A stretch of DNA of 64,000 nucleotides from Lama guanicoe (GCA_013239625.1 MU054469.1:16893631-16957630); one strand, 5' to 3'. Counted from the first letter of the stretch, positions 37,301 to 51,942 are shown. The notes: generated by a model from the sequence alone, not told the origin. Translations and numbers: made by a program.

Positions 37301-38999
37301 AGAGGAAAACAGGAATTCAAACTCTTGTTTTTCAGTTTGCTGCTTCTTGGTGAGATGACAGTTAAGAGGTTGGGAATTGTTCCAGTAAGCCCTTTAGAAG
37401 CTAAACAAGCATCTCTGTGTGCATCTAATTTTTACTTTGTGTGTGTGTGTCATAAAGTATTTGAGATGGCTTAAAAGATTATGTACAATAAAATAGAAAA
37501 GTACATAACTAAGTGGAGTTAGGAATAATAAAAGCTGAATAGAGAGTCAAGAAAGAAACGAATACATTTCTCCAAACATGAAGCTTCTGCTTTGGTCAAA
37601 CTGCAGAGCACACAGCTCATTAACAATTTCCGCAAATGTATCTCTGTTAAAAGTTGGAGCAAGGCTGAGAGTTAAGTGGGTTGACTTGGAATTTGCCTTT
37701 ACTGTTACCACGGTATTTGGCTAGCCTCTCCTCCCGCTGATCTCTTTACATTTTTCCCAGAAAAAGCCACTTGTCTGTGCTCAGAGTATGCAGCCCCAGC
37801 CCCGCACCCGCAGTGAGATTGTGGGCTCACAGCCAGCCTCTCAAAATGGGGGGCCTTCCCTACTGCATCTGCCCAGTGACCTCCCCCAGATCTCCTCCCT
37901 CAGGGTTTAAGCTCTGGTTTACCCCCAGGCCTCTGCTAATCCCCGCCCTTAGTTGCCAGAGGCTTCTTAAAGGGGAAAAGCCTCCTTTTCCGTCTCCCTT
38001 GTCCCTTCATCTCCTTCTTCCTCCTTTTTTCCTTCTTTTCCCTCCTAATCCCCTCCTCCTTCCCTTCTCCTGTGTACCATCCAGCCAGCTTTTTATGAAT
38101 GTATTTAGTGTCCTCTGGGTAGAAAGAGGAATAAGAAACCATTCATACCCCAGGGAAGCTCAAAGTAGGAGAGAGAGTGCTTGAAGCAAGTGGTTAGGAG
38201 TCTTTGATGGGTGCTGAATGGTCATGAACAGGACAGTCTGTTAAACTGGAAGAGGGAGCAATCAACCACTGAAAAGTCTTCACAGAGGAGAAGTGAGCCT
38301 GAGCTGGGTCCAGAAACATGAGCAGGGGACAGCCAGGTGGAGAAGAGGCGGAGGAGTGTGATGGAGGACATTCTAGGCAGGAGCATTGGACGAGGACGTT
38401 GTGTGTAGGGCAGAGCCTGAGAGATGACCCATGTTGGGGGGGAGAAGGAGGAAGGGAGGTGAAGGAGATGAGCCCGGTGGGGTGAACTCTGCTTTAGCGA
38501 GTGAAGTGCCTTTATGATATGGATTTTCCCTGGTATGCCACCGGAAATCAGAGGAAGTCTTTGACTGGGGAAGGTTGGGCATTGGGATGCTCCATCTGGT
38601 AGCAGGGATGTTGTGGGGAGATGAACCCAAAAAGGGAGAGAATGTGGAAGGAGCCCATTCAAGAGGGCCATAGGGTTTGGCGAGGAGATGAAGTGGGCTT
38701 AAATGGAACCAGCAGCCCTGGTGATGGGAAGAAGAGGTAGTGCAGGTGACCAGTCAGGTATGAGAAGGGAAGGGGAAGGGGGGCGAGGAGGCTAGGAAGG
38801 AGCTGCTGCCATGAATGAGATGAACAGGGAATACACTAGGGACCAGCCCCCTCCAGGAAGTCCGTTTTTGTTTCATATACTATTTTTTATACCTCTGCTC
38901 CTTTTAAATCAGCTTAAAATACATCTACCTCAGAGATATTGTGATTCAGCCATGGTTTTCTGATATCCTTTCTATTTATACTAGTGCTTCCTTTTAGGT

Positions 39000-39400
39000 A
39001 GGGATTCATCCGTTCCATCCACAGATGTTTATTGAGGACCCTTTGTGTGCCAGGCACTGGATCTGGGCCTGGGGGGCACAATGGTGAAAAGATAAAGTAT
39101 GTACCCTCACTGAAGCTTCTGGTATAGAGGAGTAGACAGACAATAAAACATAATATTAAGTCACCTAAGGTAAGTAGTTTGTGGAGGGGTGTGTGGATGA
39201 GATGAAGTTTGAGGGATTGGTAAAATTTGGGCCATACTGGGCCTTGCAGACCATGGTCAGGAAACAGAATCCCAGGAGCAGTGGGCAAAGAGCCAGTAGG
39301 GCTTAGGGTGACAGAAAGCAGAAACACGGGATTCTGGAATATCTCTGAGGCCTGGGACTTGAGCAGCTGGATCGATGGTGGTGTCATACATTGAAGCACC
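39000..39400 (-). mobile_element. L2 3' fragment
   Basis: cattcatcc...atgtttattgaggaccctttgtgtgccaggcactg and ggacttgagcagctggatcgatggtggtgtcat. Confidence 0.7.
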
Positions 39401-41511
39401 ACTATGTATTTTTCAAGTGCAGGGTATATGTTAATTCTGCCAGCATTACAGCTGACAAATTTGGAAACATTCGAGGTGGCATATCTCACTCAACTGCATG
39501 TACTCCACACTATGTGATATAGGCAGTAAATGGAGACGGATTTAAAATCAGGTGATGTGTCTTGTATAAATGTGTGCTTCCACTCTTGATTCAGGCCATT
39601 TGTAAAAGTTCTGTATTGGGGGAAAAAGAACCTTAAGCTGTCATAATTTTTTCTAAGGAGGGGAGAAAAAAACTAAGGTTGAAACAAGAAAATAAAAGCT
39701 CCCTAAGAAAACTATGGAACCTCCTGCTGACAGCATCCTGTGCCAGAGGTCAAGTGTGGGGAGCAAGAAGATGACAGCAGATTGAGGTGCCCACTCTGTG
39801 AAGCCTTGGGGACCAGGGAAGGGGAAGTGTTTCTGTGCACGATGGGTGAAATGGGGGTTGCTTGGTCTCCCACGGTCTCTGTCTGGTTCAGGCCAGGATT
39901 CGCAGGAGCATCTACGTTCTTTGGTGTTGGAGAAGGGAAGCTTTGAGTCATCCTTTGGACTGATACAAACCAGCAGTGCTCCAGTGCCTGGGCTGTCTCT
40001 GAAGAAGAACAGGTAGAGCCAGGGTCAGATGATGAGAATTTTCCATTTTATTGTGGTGATGGCCTGGAATGCCTAGAATGGTTTATTAGCTTTCACAGAA
40101 GGCCTATTCCTTAGGATAGGAGACTACATTGTAGATCCGCGGTCAAATGGAATGCCTGAATAGTTTGTTTCTCCTCCAATGTTTTGGATACCGAATCTTT
40201 CAGGGAAAAGTTTACTGAAGTGCTGCATAATTGAATTGACTACAAAAGACTGGCTCACATTTACTTGGAGCATTATTTTTATTTTCTCTGCTTTCAAAGT
40301 AGACAGTTATATTTTAACAAAATCCTTTTGTTGTGGTTGTTACAAAGAAAAACTAATCAAAGATACATGTCATCTTAATAACTGTTTGTAAAGTTTATTG
40401 ATTATGGCTGTAATGATGCTTAATATTTACATAATGCTTTACAGTGTAGGAAAACATTGTTACCTTTTTTCTGCCTGATGCATACACCCCCAACTGGTGA
40501 GCAGGAATTATAACCCCCTTTTCACAGATGAGGAAAGGGGGAAGTCGAGGAATGAGTAAGCACGGAAGTCGCATAACTAGGATGAGATTTGACACTTGAA
40601 AATATCCATTATTCACTCTAGGCCAGTGATCTCTTCTGCATTTTGTGGGTGAAGACCCACAACAGAGTTGGGGCTGGGACCCACAAGTTTTGAGCTCCTG
40701 TTAGTTCACTGGCACTGGCAATGCCATCCATGCATCTCATCCCTTTGAATCCTAACAGCCCCAGGGTAGTTATCACCATCCCCACTTTACTGATGAGAAA
40801 AATGTGCTCTGGGAGGGTAACTAAGCTAAGCTGATGAGTGGTAGGGCTGGGGTTTGACTAACTCCTGAGCTAACCCCCTTAACCAGTAGTCTGCCTAAAC
40901 CATCCCACGAGGAACACTCACCCTACATATTTAAAATGATTAGGTAACAGCAACTTTTATTTCATGAATTTGTTAAATTGTTCTCTTCTCCACTTTTAGA
41001 CGAGGGTTAACGTACATAGCTTTTCTGAACTTTTTTGTTTTTTTTTTTACAAAATAAGACAAATTTGTAAGACATCAGTCCTTTCCTCTTGGAAGAGAAT
41101 ATTCTTTGGATAAAACATTATTATTTGATGGTACTTATAAGAATATGGAAGAAGAAGTTTCTAATCTGTGGAACTGACCTGCCATGTCACAGGGTCAGTA
41201 GATGATCTCATGACTGCTGCTAAACCCAGATGATGATTTGTTTAACCCTGGGGTTTGGGTATATTAATTGCTTCTTAACACGAATATTTCATTCATTACT
41301 TTTGAACCAACGTAGACTTTCATTGCATTCATTTCTTGGTTTTCATGTTATACTGCTTGTGACTAGGCCCATGTTCTCTGATGGGAGATGCATAACGGGG
41401 CCTCGGTTTAGTTTCTGATGTAACTACACTTATGGTATGAATTGTGCTATGCTGATTAGTGTTGCTGTATTTTCAAATATTAAAAAATGGCACTAACATG
41501 GTTTTTCTCAG

Positions 41512-41657
41512 ATGACTGCTACGCTGAGAAACTTGGTTGATTCACCACTGGTAAGAAGTAAGCTGCTAAGCATCAGTGCCCTTCCCCAGCTGTGCACGGT
41601 GATGGGACAGTACACAGGTGACAAGGATGTCTGCACCAATATTGCCAGAATATTCAG
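41512..41657 (+). CDS. ARMC2: ARMC2 coding exon (~exon 11), 146 nt
   Basis: Branch point cactaac at 41491-41497, acceptor gtttttctcag|ATG and donor CAG|gtaggt. Encodes MTATLRNLVDSPLVRSKLLSISALPQLCTVMGQYTGDKDVCTNIARIF. Confidence 0.95.
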
Positions 41658-42479
41658 GTAGGTAGACTAGGAAAACAAAGCAGCCTTCCAGAAATGTTAA
41701 TGCTTAGATTTTGGGGTTATCTTTAATATTTGTTTGTGTGACTGGCAAGGATCCTGTTTTTGCTTTTTACCTCACCTAGAACAAAAGGTAAATCTAGTGG
41801 CCCAAGTTAAAAATAAGTGATTTAAACCAATGACTCCATTTCTTATGTATTTCTAATGTGAATCTAAACTCATTGATTGTAAGTTACTTTTACTAAAATT
41901 GTGAGTTGTGAGTTATCCTAGTATTTTTACAAAACAAGCAAATAAAACTTCCTCTCAGCTTGTTGGAGATAAAGAGATACACCACAAAACATGGCAAACT
42001 TACTGGTGCACTTGTAAACGATGCTTGAGGGTTTTAACTCAAAAAAAAGGCCATTGCCTAGAAAGTCTGACCTAATTTGTAATCAAAGGTTATTTTATTT
42101 CAGTTGTTTGACAGAACTTTGGCTCACGCATTCCCTAGTCATGTTTCTACTTTACTCCAGAAGCGATGATCTCTGAAAACAGGTTGCCTCAAAGTTAGAT
42201 GTAGCTATATTTCAGAACTGTCTTTTAATTATGCTTTTATATTTGTTTCCTCACTGCTCTTTGCTAGTGTTTTCACATAATGATCCCTCAAGAGACCTGG
42301 ACCTTTCTTGAACGATAATATTGTAGTTGTTTAACAAAGTACAAAATTTCCTAAAGACTGAACTTGTAATTGACCCCAGCATGAGGATAGGAGTCCAGCT
42401 TTGATCTTTTAGCAATGCACTTTCCTGTCTGGGTACTTAATTACTCCCCTTTTGAAGCCCTGTAAAATCGTGAAGAGTT

Positions 42480-45390
42480 TCTTCCTGTGTACAGCGGCAT
42501 GTAGAGATCCAATTTAATTTTTTCCCATGGGGATAGACAATTTTCCCAGCACATTTTATTGACATGCCATCCTTTTTTTCACTAATTTTGAATGCCTAGT
42601 CAGTCAAACACAAGGTTCCATCTGCACGCAGGTCTGTTTCTAGGCATTCTGTTCAGTCCATCCTCAGACCAGTACCACATTGTTTTTACTATTATGGATT
42701 TTAATCTTGCTATAAGGTTAATCCGTCATTTCTTTTCTCCTTTAAGATACAAATTCTTATTTTCTCTTCTTCATGAATTGGAGAATCAGGTAAAATCCAT
42801 ATAGGAACTTTGAATTTTTTTCATGGAACCACACTGAGTATGTAGAGCAGTTGGGATGGAGGTGGAGAGAACTGACATCTTTATGATGTCGAGACTTCCA
42901 TCAGTAAACATTTTTTTGGGGGGGGTAGGTAATTAGGTTTACTTATTTATTTTTAGAGGAGGTACTAGGGATTGAACACAGGACCTTGTGTATGCTAAGC
43001 ATGCACTCTACCACTTGAGCTATACCCTCCCCCATCACAACATAAATAAATATTTGTGATGTCTTCTTATAAGAAAATTTTATAATTTTCTCCAAAAAGT
43101 TTTTGTACATCTTTTGTTGGATGTATTCCTTCATGGCTTTTGCTGCAATTATGAATGTAATCTTTAAAAAAATTCTAATGAATATTGCTTATGTATATGA
43201 GTAGTATGGATGTAGTTTGCTTGTTAGCTTATATCCAGGAAATCTTGATTAACATTAGGTCTAAAAGTTAGTCTGTAGAGTCTCTTGGATGTTATATGCA
43301 AATTATATGCAAAAGAGGACACTACTGTTTTTTTCCCACTATTACAACTCTTTGCCCCTGTCCCCTCCTTTTCCTTAGGTGCATTGCTTAGGATATCCAA
43401 TACAAAGTTGTATTCAGCTGGCTGACTTCCTTCTGACTTTAAAGGAAGTATTTTGGGGGGTTTACCAGTTGAAATTAATATTTGTTATAGGTTTTTGTAG
43501 ATGCCCTTTAACAGTTAAGGAACAATTTTCTCTCATTAATGGATTTTAAATTGCTTTGAATGCTTGCCCTAAGTCTATTTTGATTATGTGGATTTTCTTT
43601 GTTTAATTTATTATATTAATGTACTAGATTACGTTAATAGATTTTCTCATGTTAAACCATTATATATTGCTAGGTTTATTTAAATAATATTGTGTTTAGG
43701 ATTTTTCACATGGTACGCGTTAGATTGACCTTGAAAGTATGTTTCCTTTCTCATATTGTCCTTGTCTGGCTTTAGTGTCAAGTTTATACTAGCCTCATAA
43801 AATGAGCTGGGATATATTCAAGCATGGTTCTCTTTTCTAGAAGAATTTCTGAAAATTAAACTTACCTGTTTCTTGAAAAGTTTGTAGAACATGTTTCAAA
43901 AACTGTTTTATCCTGGTGTATGTGTATGTGTATCTGCGTGTATGCATGCATGTGTGAATACCGTTGACTACTGAGTCACTTTCTTTAATGGCTTTATGTC
44001 TAGTCATATTTCCTGTTTCTATTTGAGTCAGTTTCCAGAAGTTATATTTTTATAGGAATTTTTCCATTTATTTAAGTTTTCAAACTAAAATCATTCCAGA
44101 TATTCTCTTATTATCCTTTTAACCTCTGTTGCATCTTAATTGTGCCCCTTATGGTTATATTATTTATTTAACAAGCACTCATACAGTACCTACTATGTGC
44201 CAGGCAATGTTCTAAGCACTTTGCAAAAACTAATTCATTTACTCCTGATAACAACTTTAAAAGGTAGGTACTTTTATTATTATCTTCATTGTGCATATAA
44301 GAAGACTGAGGCATAGAGAAATTTGATAGTTTTCCCAGGGCCATTCAAACCAGGTAGAATTCATACATTTAACCACTATGTTATACTGCCTCTTCATTTT
44401 GATATTGATTTTCATTCCTTATTTTGATTGTTTATTATGTTTCTCTTTTTTTTCTTGATGATTCTTGCCAAAGGTTTGCCAATTTTATTAGTTTTTGCAA
44501 AGAACCAACAGATTTATTGATCCACTCTACTGTATGTTTATTTTCTGTTTTATTCCTTCTGTTCTTATCCTTAGTAATCCCCTTCTTCTACTCTTTCTTG
44601 ATATATTTTTCTTCTGCTTTGGTTAGATATTCAGTTCCTTTCTCTTCAGCCTTCTTAAGGTTATAAATTTTCCTGTAACTACTGCTGCAGCTACATCTCA
44701 CAAATTTTGATTTGTGGCATTTTTGTTATTATTCAGATATAAGTGTATTTTTGTTTTTGTGTTTGACCCGTAAGTTTTATGTCCTGAAATCTCTAGAAGT
44801 TTGTTTTTCAAACAATGTATTTTTAATTGATTTCTTTTTTAACATGTTTATTCATTTTTATTTATCTATTTGCTTTCTAATTGAAGTATATATACTTCAA
44901 TATATATAGAGGTATATATATTTCACTTATATATAATTTATATATAATTGATTTACAATGTGTTAATTTCTGCTGTATAGCATAGTGATTCATTTATATT
45001 ATATATATGTTTCTTTTCATATTCTTTTTCATTATAGGCCATTACTGAATGAAGACACTGAATATAGTTCCCTGTGCTATATAGTAGGACCTTGTTGTTT
45101 ATCTATTTTATATATAGTAGTTAGTATCTACTTTGACCAGAAAATGTGATCTGAGACACCAATTCTTTGAAAATTTCCTTAGACTTATTAATGGCCTGGT
45201 ACATGATCAAGTTTTTAGAACATTAATGTTGTTTTACCTATTAATCTGTCACTTAATGAGAGATTTATGATCATCTATCAGTTTGATGTAGGTTTGTCAA
45301 TACTGCCTTGTGGGTTTTGTTTGCTTGCTTAGTTTTGAAAATTTGAAGCTATTCTCAAGGCTTTTTGCCTTACGGTCTATTTTGCCCAAT
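42480..45390 (-). mobile_element. Old L1M ORF2 remnant with nested SINE, MIR (~44165-44390) and younger L1 3' end (~44830-45130)
   Basis: Degenerate antisense L1 ORF2 motifs (ttttcccagcacattttattga, gtagatgcccttt, ctagcctcataaaatgagctggg, gcagctacatctcacaaattttga). Confidence 0.7.
42911..43033 (-). mobile_element. tRNA-Ala(AGC)-derived camelid SINE (vic-1 type)
   Basis: ggtaattaggtttacttattt...ggaggtactagggattgaacacaggaccttgtgtatgctaagcatgcactctaccacttgagctataccctcccc. Confidence 0.9.
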
Positions 45391-45812
45391 AATAATATAC
45401 CACTACCACTAGTATATTCAAGCAGTTTAACATTTGCTTCTGATGGAGCTCCAGGAGATTGACTGGTTGGTGTCCAACCAGATTTTATGTAAATTTCTTA
45501 GCTCGTGTTTTCTGAACTACACGGGCAGTGTAAATTCACACCTTGTACATGTGTTAGAGGTTTCAGGTTTCTCTTGTTCAAAGGTCTCTAAAAAAATTTT
45601 TCCCCATGCTCCCATCCCCTGCCCTGCCAAGTCTAGAGCAGACCACAAGCCTCCATGAGGCTTCTCTGGACTGGTGTGTGGAGTACTTCTGGTCTCCTTT
45701 TCATGCATAGGGCAATGCTTTGAAGGTCTGCATTTAAAGTAACACTACGTATATTTGAGCTTTATAGAAAAACAAAGTTTATTTTTTGTTTTCCCATTTG
45801 ATATTTCTGCAG

Positions 45813-45912
45813 CAAACTTACTTCTTATCATGACTGCTGTGTAGCCTTGGCCAACTATTCCAGATGTTACGCCTTGTTTTTGAATCTGATAAACAAATAC
45901 CAGAAGAAGCAG
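45813..45912 (+). CDS. ARMC2: ARMC2 coding exon (~exon 12), 100 nt
   Basis: Acceptor atatttctgcag|CAAA and donor CAG|gtcagt. Encodes (S)KLTSYHDCCVALANYSRCYALFLNLINKYQKKQ. Confidence 0.95.
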
Positions 45913-48704
45913 GTCAGTTCTTCACACGTTTAATTCTTCAACGTGTCTTTCTTTGCACTGGTGTATGTGTGTAAGCCCAAGTTGAATGACTATGTTTTGA
46001 ATGTTCAGGTTTCTATTAGAAGCTTCCATTCAGTGTGTAACAGACTGTTTCCAGGAGGCAGAGAGTTCTGCACAGGAGTTGGGGAAGGAGTAGTTTGAGG
46101 CAGGAATGGGCTCAACAGGATGTCGATGCATTAGGAGGATTCATGATTTGGGGTAGAGGGTGGGTGGACTACTACAGTGTCGTTCCTTCCAGTGATCTGT
46201 AGACCCCTACATGAGAGTCACCTTTCGGTGGGGTGGGGTTACACTGATTATTTCTAAGGCCCAGCCCCAGCCTACTGAACCAGATGGGTGCAGAGGGGCC
46301 TAGCCAAGAACTACAGGGACTTCTGATGCAAACTATAATTTGGGATCCGCTACACTGGGTATTCTCTGAAGATTCTTCCAGCCCTGAAATTCTCTTAACT
46401 TTTTGATAGTGTTGCATTTAGAAGATGACATTTCTAGGTAAGTATTTAAAGGAAATAATTTGGTTTTAATGGATTGGACAAAACTGTGTAAAGCTGTTTA
46501 AAAAAGGAAAGAACTCACAAATGATTTCCCCTTAATAAAATTATAATACTTGATACACATGCTAATTTGTATTATAAGTTTTTGATTATTCGCTAAATGC
46601 AGTCTAGTTTATTCACCTTTATAAATGATTCAAGTGACATCAACTCTTTAGTGGAGACAGTTATACATGAGGACAATATATATTCATTTCAATTGTGGTA
46701 AATTTTCAAAATCACACAGTAGGTTTCACCAGTTTAAAACCAAATAATTTATGTATATACTAAGACTATTTTAACATAAAGTTTTGTGTTTGTTTATATT
46801 TGCCATATCAAAACCACCTCAAAATGTGGTTTGCCACAAATAGCACTAAACTTATTTTTACCCAGCCAAATACTTCTGCTGAGAATGACCAAATTTGTCA
46901 GATTTTACACTATTATCAGTTATTTACTAAAAAGGTTACTAGTCTCTTTTGGTTATATAGATGATAAAGAAATTTCTGTGCTCATGTTATACCATTACTA
47001 TACTTTAAAAATGATGAAACTTTGCTTAAAGTGTTAATAAGCTTCTATTTAACTTTAAAAAGCAGATTTACAAGTATGCACATGAGTTCCTGATTCTGAG
47101 TACTTGGAGCACAAATGCTTCCCCCTATGAATCTTCTATCTTCTCTAAATTATAGAATTTGAAAGACTTCAAAGTATAAGAATTTGCTATGTCAGGTGAA
47201 CAATGAATTTGATTAATCTTCCTTAAAATATTCACAGTCTATTGTTAATTTCAGTGTCCACTAAGCATTTATTGATTTAGATTTTGGTACAATGTATTAT
47301 CAGAACTCTAATATTTGGATAAGTGAAGTAACCCAATAGGAGCTTAGGCACTCCTATTCTTGGTTTTCTTTTTTAAGGAAAAAATTCAAATGGTAGAAAA
47401 GATAGTTTACTGTAACATTAAAAGAATCTTTTAGATATCATACTTAAAGAGAGATTTACTTATGGATTTTATTTTTTAGTTTTGTTTTATGGAATTATTT
47501 TATGGGTTTTCATTGTAATCTTATTTTACCATCATTGTTTCTTCTTTGCTTTGGGGTTTTGATCATGGATGACTTAGATGACAGTAAGTGGAGAAGACAC
47601 CTTGGCCTTGCACTAGAATTTTTAAATGTGGGTAAAACATTTCTGTTTAACAGTTTGATTTCAGATTATGTCATAACCCGTAATTTTTTTTTTTTTAAAA
47701 GAAAGAAAACCCCCATCAGTTCAGTACTGACAAATAGCCCTGTTGTTTTACGGCATTTCTGGCAGGTAACTGTTAGTTTCTGATTTTAGCTTAGGTGATG
47801 GCTGTGGCTAATAAACAGTGAAAAGTCCTGGTATCTTGCTAACGTGAAATATTTGAGATGTCAGCATAGTTAAGGGTGTGCTTTTTCTGGTTCAAGGAAC
47901 TAAAAGTTTAATTGGCATAAAATTTTAACACACTTCTTACTGAACTTCTTTCCACTTTGGGCCAATAGTTGTGTGTAAAGCAAAATTGATGTTTAAAAGC
48001 CACATTTTTCTCCATTAATTTATGTTATAATTTTAATTTTCTATTGAAATTATTTTGGCCCAAAGAAGAGTAAAGAGCATCTTGCAAGCTAAGTACAGCA
48101 ACATGTTGCTTTCAGAACCATCAAAGAAATGTGTAATTTATCCCCCAATCACCAAAATTATTTTAATCATTGTTGTGAAAATCATATTCAATTATATTAC
48201 ATATTTCCTTGTCTTCTCAGAAGAGGTTAAAAATAATTTAACCTCTTCTTGATGCCAAAGGCCAATATTGCCAGCATTAATTGTTACTCTAGAAGTTATT
48301 TGTCCCACAGTGGGAGCAGGAGCCTATGATGAAGTTCTTTAAGTGTCTGCGTCTTCTTTTTGTAGATTTCCCTCTCTCCCTTTCTGTTGTTGTTAAGTTT
48401 GCCTTTGGTAATCCTTATCTGTCTTTTGCAATTATTTGCAATTAGGAGGGGGACCTCATAACCAAACTTGTTAAAGTAACACTTAAAAAAAATAACATTT
48501 AAAAAGTCTAAAATAAATTTGAATATGATAGGTTCTTAATGAGAAAGTCTTGAGGGACTCTTTGATGAAATTTCTCTTGTCCCTTCTCATCTTCAGAAGT
48601 CAATTCACATTTCAAGATGTAGCTCTTGTGTTCCCTTCTCTGTAAAGACTTCGAAGACCAGTCATTTTCTTCCTCAGCAGTGCATCATTTTATTTTTATT
48701 TTTC

Positions 48705-48787
48705 AAATGTTTGTAGCAGCTTTATTTGTAATAGCCAAAAACTAGAAACAACCAAATTTGTCCTTCACTGGATGAATGGCTAAACAA
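48705..48787 (+). mobile_element. L1 ORF2 3' fragment running into an N block
   Basis: aatgtttgtagcagctttatttgtaatagccaaaaactagaaacaacc...gatgaatggctaaacaa. Confidence 0.8.
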
Positions 48788-49310
48788 NNNNNNNNNNNNN
48801 NNNNNNNNNNNNNNNNNNNNNNNNNNNNNNNNNNNNNNNNNNNNNNNNNNNNNNNNNNNNNNNNNNNNNNNNNNNNNNNNNNNNNNNNNNNNNNNNNNNN
48901 NNNNNNNNNNNNNNNNNNNNNNNNNNNNNNNTTTCAAAGACTTTAACGTAGCTAGTACACCCACCTAGTACAGCCAGAGCTAAAGACCCAAGTAGTATGT
49001 CACTGATCTTAACCATTTCACTATTATTAAGAAAAATTATCCAAAACTTAGAACTGGGGTGTGGGGTGGGAACCTAAATGTCCTGACAAGTTATATTGGG
49101 TCATTGTTTAACAGGCAGGGCTTAATTCTCAAGGAGAATGTATCTTTGTTTAACTTGTTGTTTACTATTTGATTAGAACTCAGACACTATAAAGTTACAT
49201 ATTAATTTGTAGATTTTTTTCTGGTAGACAAGCTAACCTCAAAGTTATGGTTTATTACCCTTAAGCTATTAGCCAGGTGTGTATCCAACTAGTAATCTTA
49301 TTCTAACATT

Positions 49311-50085
49311 CTTTTTTTTTCTAACATTTTTTATTGATTTATAATCATTTTACAATGTTGTGTCAAATTCCAGTGTTCAGCACAATTTTTCAGTCATTCA
49401 TGGACATATACACACTCATTGTCACATTTTTTTCTCTGTGATTTATTATAACATTTTGTGTATATTTCCCTGTGCTATACAGTGTAATCTTGTTTATCTA
49501 TTCTACAATTTTGAAATCCCAGTCTATCCCTTCCCACCCTCTACCCCCCTGGTAACCACAAGTCTGTATTCTCGGTCCATGAGTCTTTAGATTCCACATA
49601 TGAGCGATCTCATATGGTATTTTTCTTTCTCTTTCTGGCTTACTTCACTTAGAATGNNNNNNNNNNNNNNNNNNNNNNNNNNNNNNNNNNNNNNNNNNNN
49701 NNNNNNNNNNNNNNNNNNNNNNNNNNNNNNNNNNNNNNNNNNNNNNNNNNNNNNNNNNNNNNNNNNNNNNNNNNNNNNNNNNNNNNNNNNNNNNNNNNNN
49801 NNNNNNNNNNNNNNNNNNNNNNNNNNNNNNNNNNNNNNNNNNNNNTCCTGAAGTAGATTTCCTTCTGGATACAAGCCCAGGAGTGGGATTCCTGGGTCAT
49901 ATGGTAAGNNNNNNNNNNNNNNNNNNNNNNNNNNNNNNNNNNNNNNNNNNNNNNNNNNNNNNNNNNNNNNNNNNNNNNNNNNNNNNNNNNNNNNNNNNNN
50001 NNNNNNNNNNNNNNNNNNNNNNNNNNNNNNNNNNNNNNNNNNNNNNNNNNNNNNNNNNNNNNNNNNNNNNNNNNNNNNNNNNNNN
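49311..50085 (-). mobile_element. Young 5'-truncated L1 (3' UTR plus ORF2 C-terminus), partly N
   Basis: Poly(T) tail, and minus-strand peptide pieces LPYDPGIPLLGLYPE and ILSEVSQKEKEKYHMRSLICGI typical of the L1 ORF2p C-terminus. Confidence 0.92.
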
Positions 50086-51942
50086 TGCTTGTAAACACCC
50101 AGTTCTTTGATGGTTCTTGGAGCCAACTTTACCATTGTATTGGCTTCCCTTATTAATGAGATAAATAATATTTTATTATGTTAATTTTATATTTCTATGG
50201 GAGCCATGTTAACTTCTTACAAATTATACTTTGACTCTATACTATCTTTTACTTATGCATAAGAATGCAATGTTAGTTTTGAATTATCTTTGATTTTTTT
50301 ATCATAAGAGAAATAGATACATGATCTGTATTTTCCTCACAACCAAAATATTTTAGAAGAGCACGGGAATTATTCAGGCAACAAGGAAGAATTTTATGTC
50401 CCAACTACTTCCTAAAATCATAAGCCAAAAGCTGTCAGGGATCCTTGTAAATATTTCTTTTGTGATTCTCCAAATGGTTATCATTTGTGTAGCTGCTTCA
50501 CCCACTGTTGGGATTTCCTAAGGACACAGGCCTTGTCTTGATAAACCTGAGGTGATGCTTGGCATAATGGACTCATGATAAGTGCTCAAACATGAGTTTT
50601 GAGTATGTGAAATGCTTTGGAATCCGTCAAGTATTATACAGTATTTCTTCTAGTCCTTTAGCACTTCTTCCTTAAATATTTACTTTCTTCTTCCTGCTTT
50701 GGAGGAGGAAATAATAATAATTTTTCTCACTTTTTTTTTTTAAATTGGTGGACTGCCATAACAACAGCAAAACAAAAATGATGGACCTTAAATGACTTCA
50801 GCACAGCATCCTAGCAGAGCATTCCTGTTCCCCTTGGCCCAGGTGGGCAGTATGATGTGATTCGTTTTTCCTCTTTGCCTAGAGATTAAAGTAATTTCCA
50901 GAAACCCCACATCATATGCTGATGTGAGTGTATTAATCTATAGGGGCTCAAACTTTGCTACACCTGAGGCTTAGTTGGGTGTTGAGGCTTTGAACTGATC
51001 TCTGAAACATACATACATCAGTCCTCCAGCAATTTTAAAAGGGAATTATTACTTCCTAGAATTATGTTTTTTTTCAGCTCTAGGAAATGTTTCTCCAAGA
51101 CTAACTTGGGTTGTAGACACATGCGTACTTCGGAAGTTCTATGATCTCTTCATGTACATAGCTGTCACCCAGTGATTAAATAATCAGAAAGAGTCTATAG
51201 ACCTTATCTTTGTTCTCAGAGGTTAGTGTTGCCTTTGTCTTAAAAGTCTGAGGACTACATTGGCAATCAGCCGAGATTTCATTTTTCTAGGACTCATTTT
51301 TAAATTAAATCTTGTTATGGCTAACTGTATTTTTGAAGAACACAGGAACAAAAATCTCAAAAAAAAAAAAAAGGAAAGGAAAAGAAAAAGAAAAACTCTC
51401 TTTAGTAATAAATGAACTGTCACCTACACACACCTCTTTCAGTGATTTTTATCAGTCAGGTGAGGAGGTTGGCAGGAATCTGTGGCCAGCTGCTTCCAGA
51501 GTTCACTGGGGAGGCGAGGGAATCCTGCTTGGAATCAGCTAGCACCAGAGCTGGGTGCTCGGACAAGTAGAGTATTTCCTCCCCCATCTGATGTTGTTTT
51601 CCATTCAAGGGGAAAAAAGGAAAAGAAATTGTGTGACAAAATGTCAAAAGTAAAAAATTTTCCCTTTTTTTTTTTACATTATTCATATTCATCTCTTTTC
51701 AAGGTTAAAGTCTGACTTCAGCAAATGAGAATGGGTGTTTTTTAATGTCCTTAATCTGTCCCTATTAAGTCAGTTGATAATGAAGTGTTAAGGGGGAGGG
51801 GAATTTTCATGTTTATTTTCTACACATTGGTGTTGTGAGAATTATTTACAAGGAACATGGATTCATATTATTTTTAAACATGATATCTAAACAGATAGTG
51901 GGTGTTAAGGTAGTAAGATTTCTAATTTTCTCTTGATTTGAA

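Noticed and set aside
38914-39489. 191-aa minus-strand ORF (longest N-free ORF in the track)
   Set aside because: It lies mostly in a decayed L2, with no recognisable protein similarity or exon structure.
41200-41420. Possible intronic C/D snoRNA upstream of exon 11 (atgatga...ctga)
   Set aside because: Box spacing is too long and there is no terminal stem or recognisable guide.
49587-50135. 182-aa ORF with L1 ORF2p motifs, and other X-containing ORFs
   Set aside because: The length comes from N runs, and the element is a 5'-truncated L1 that cannot be autonomous.
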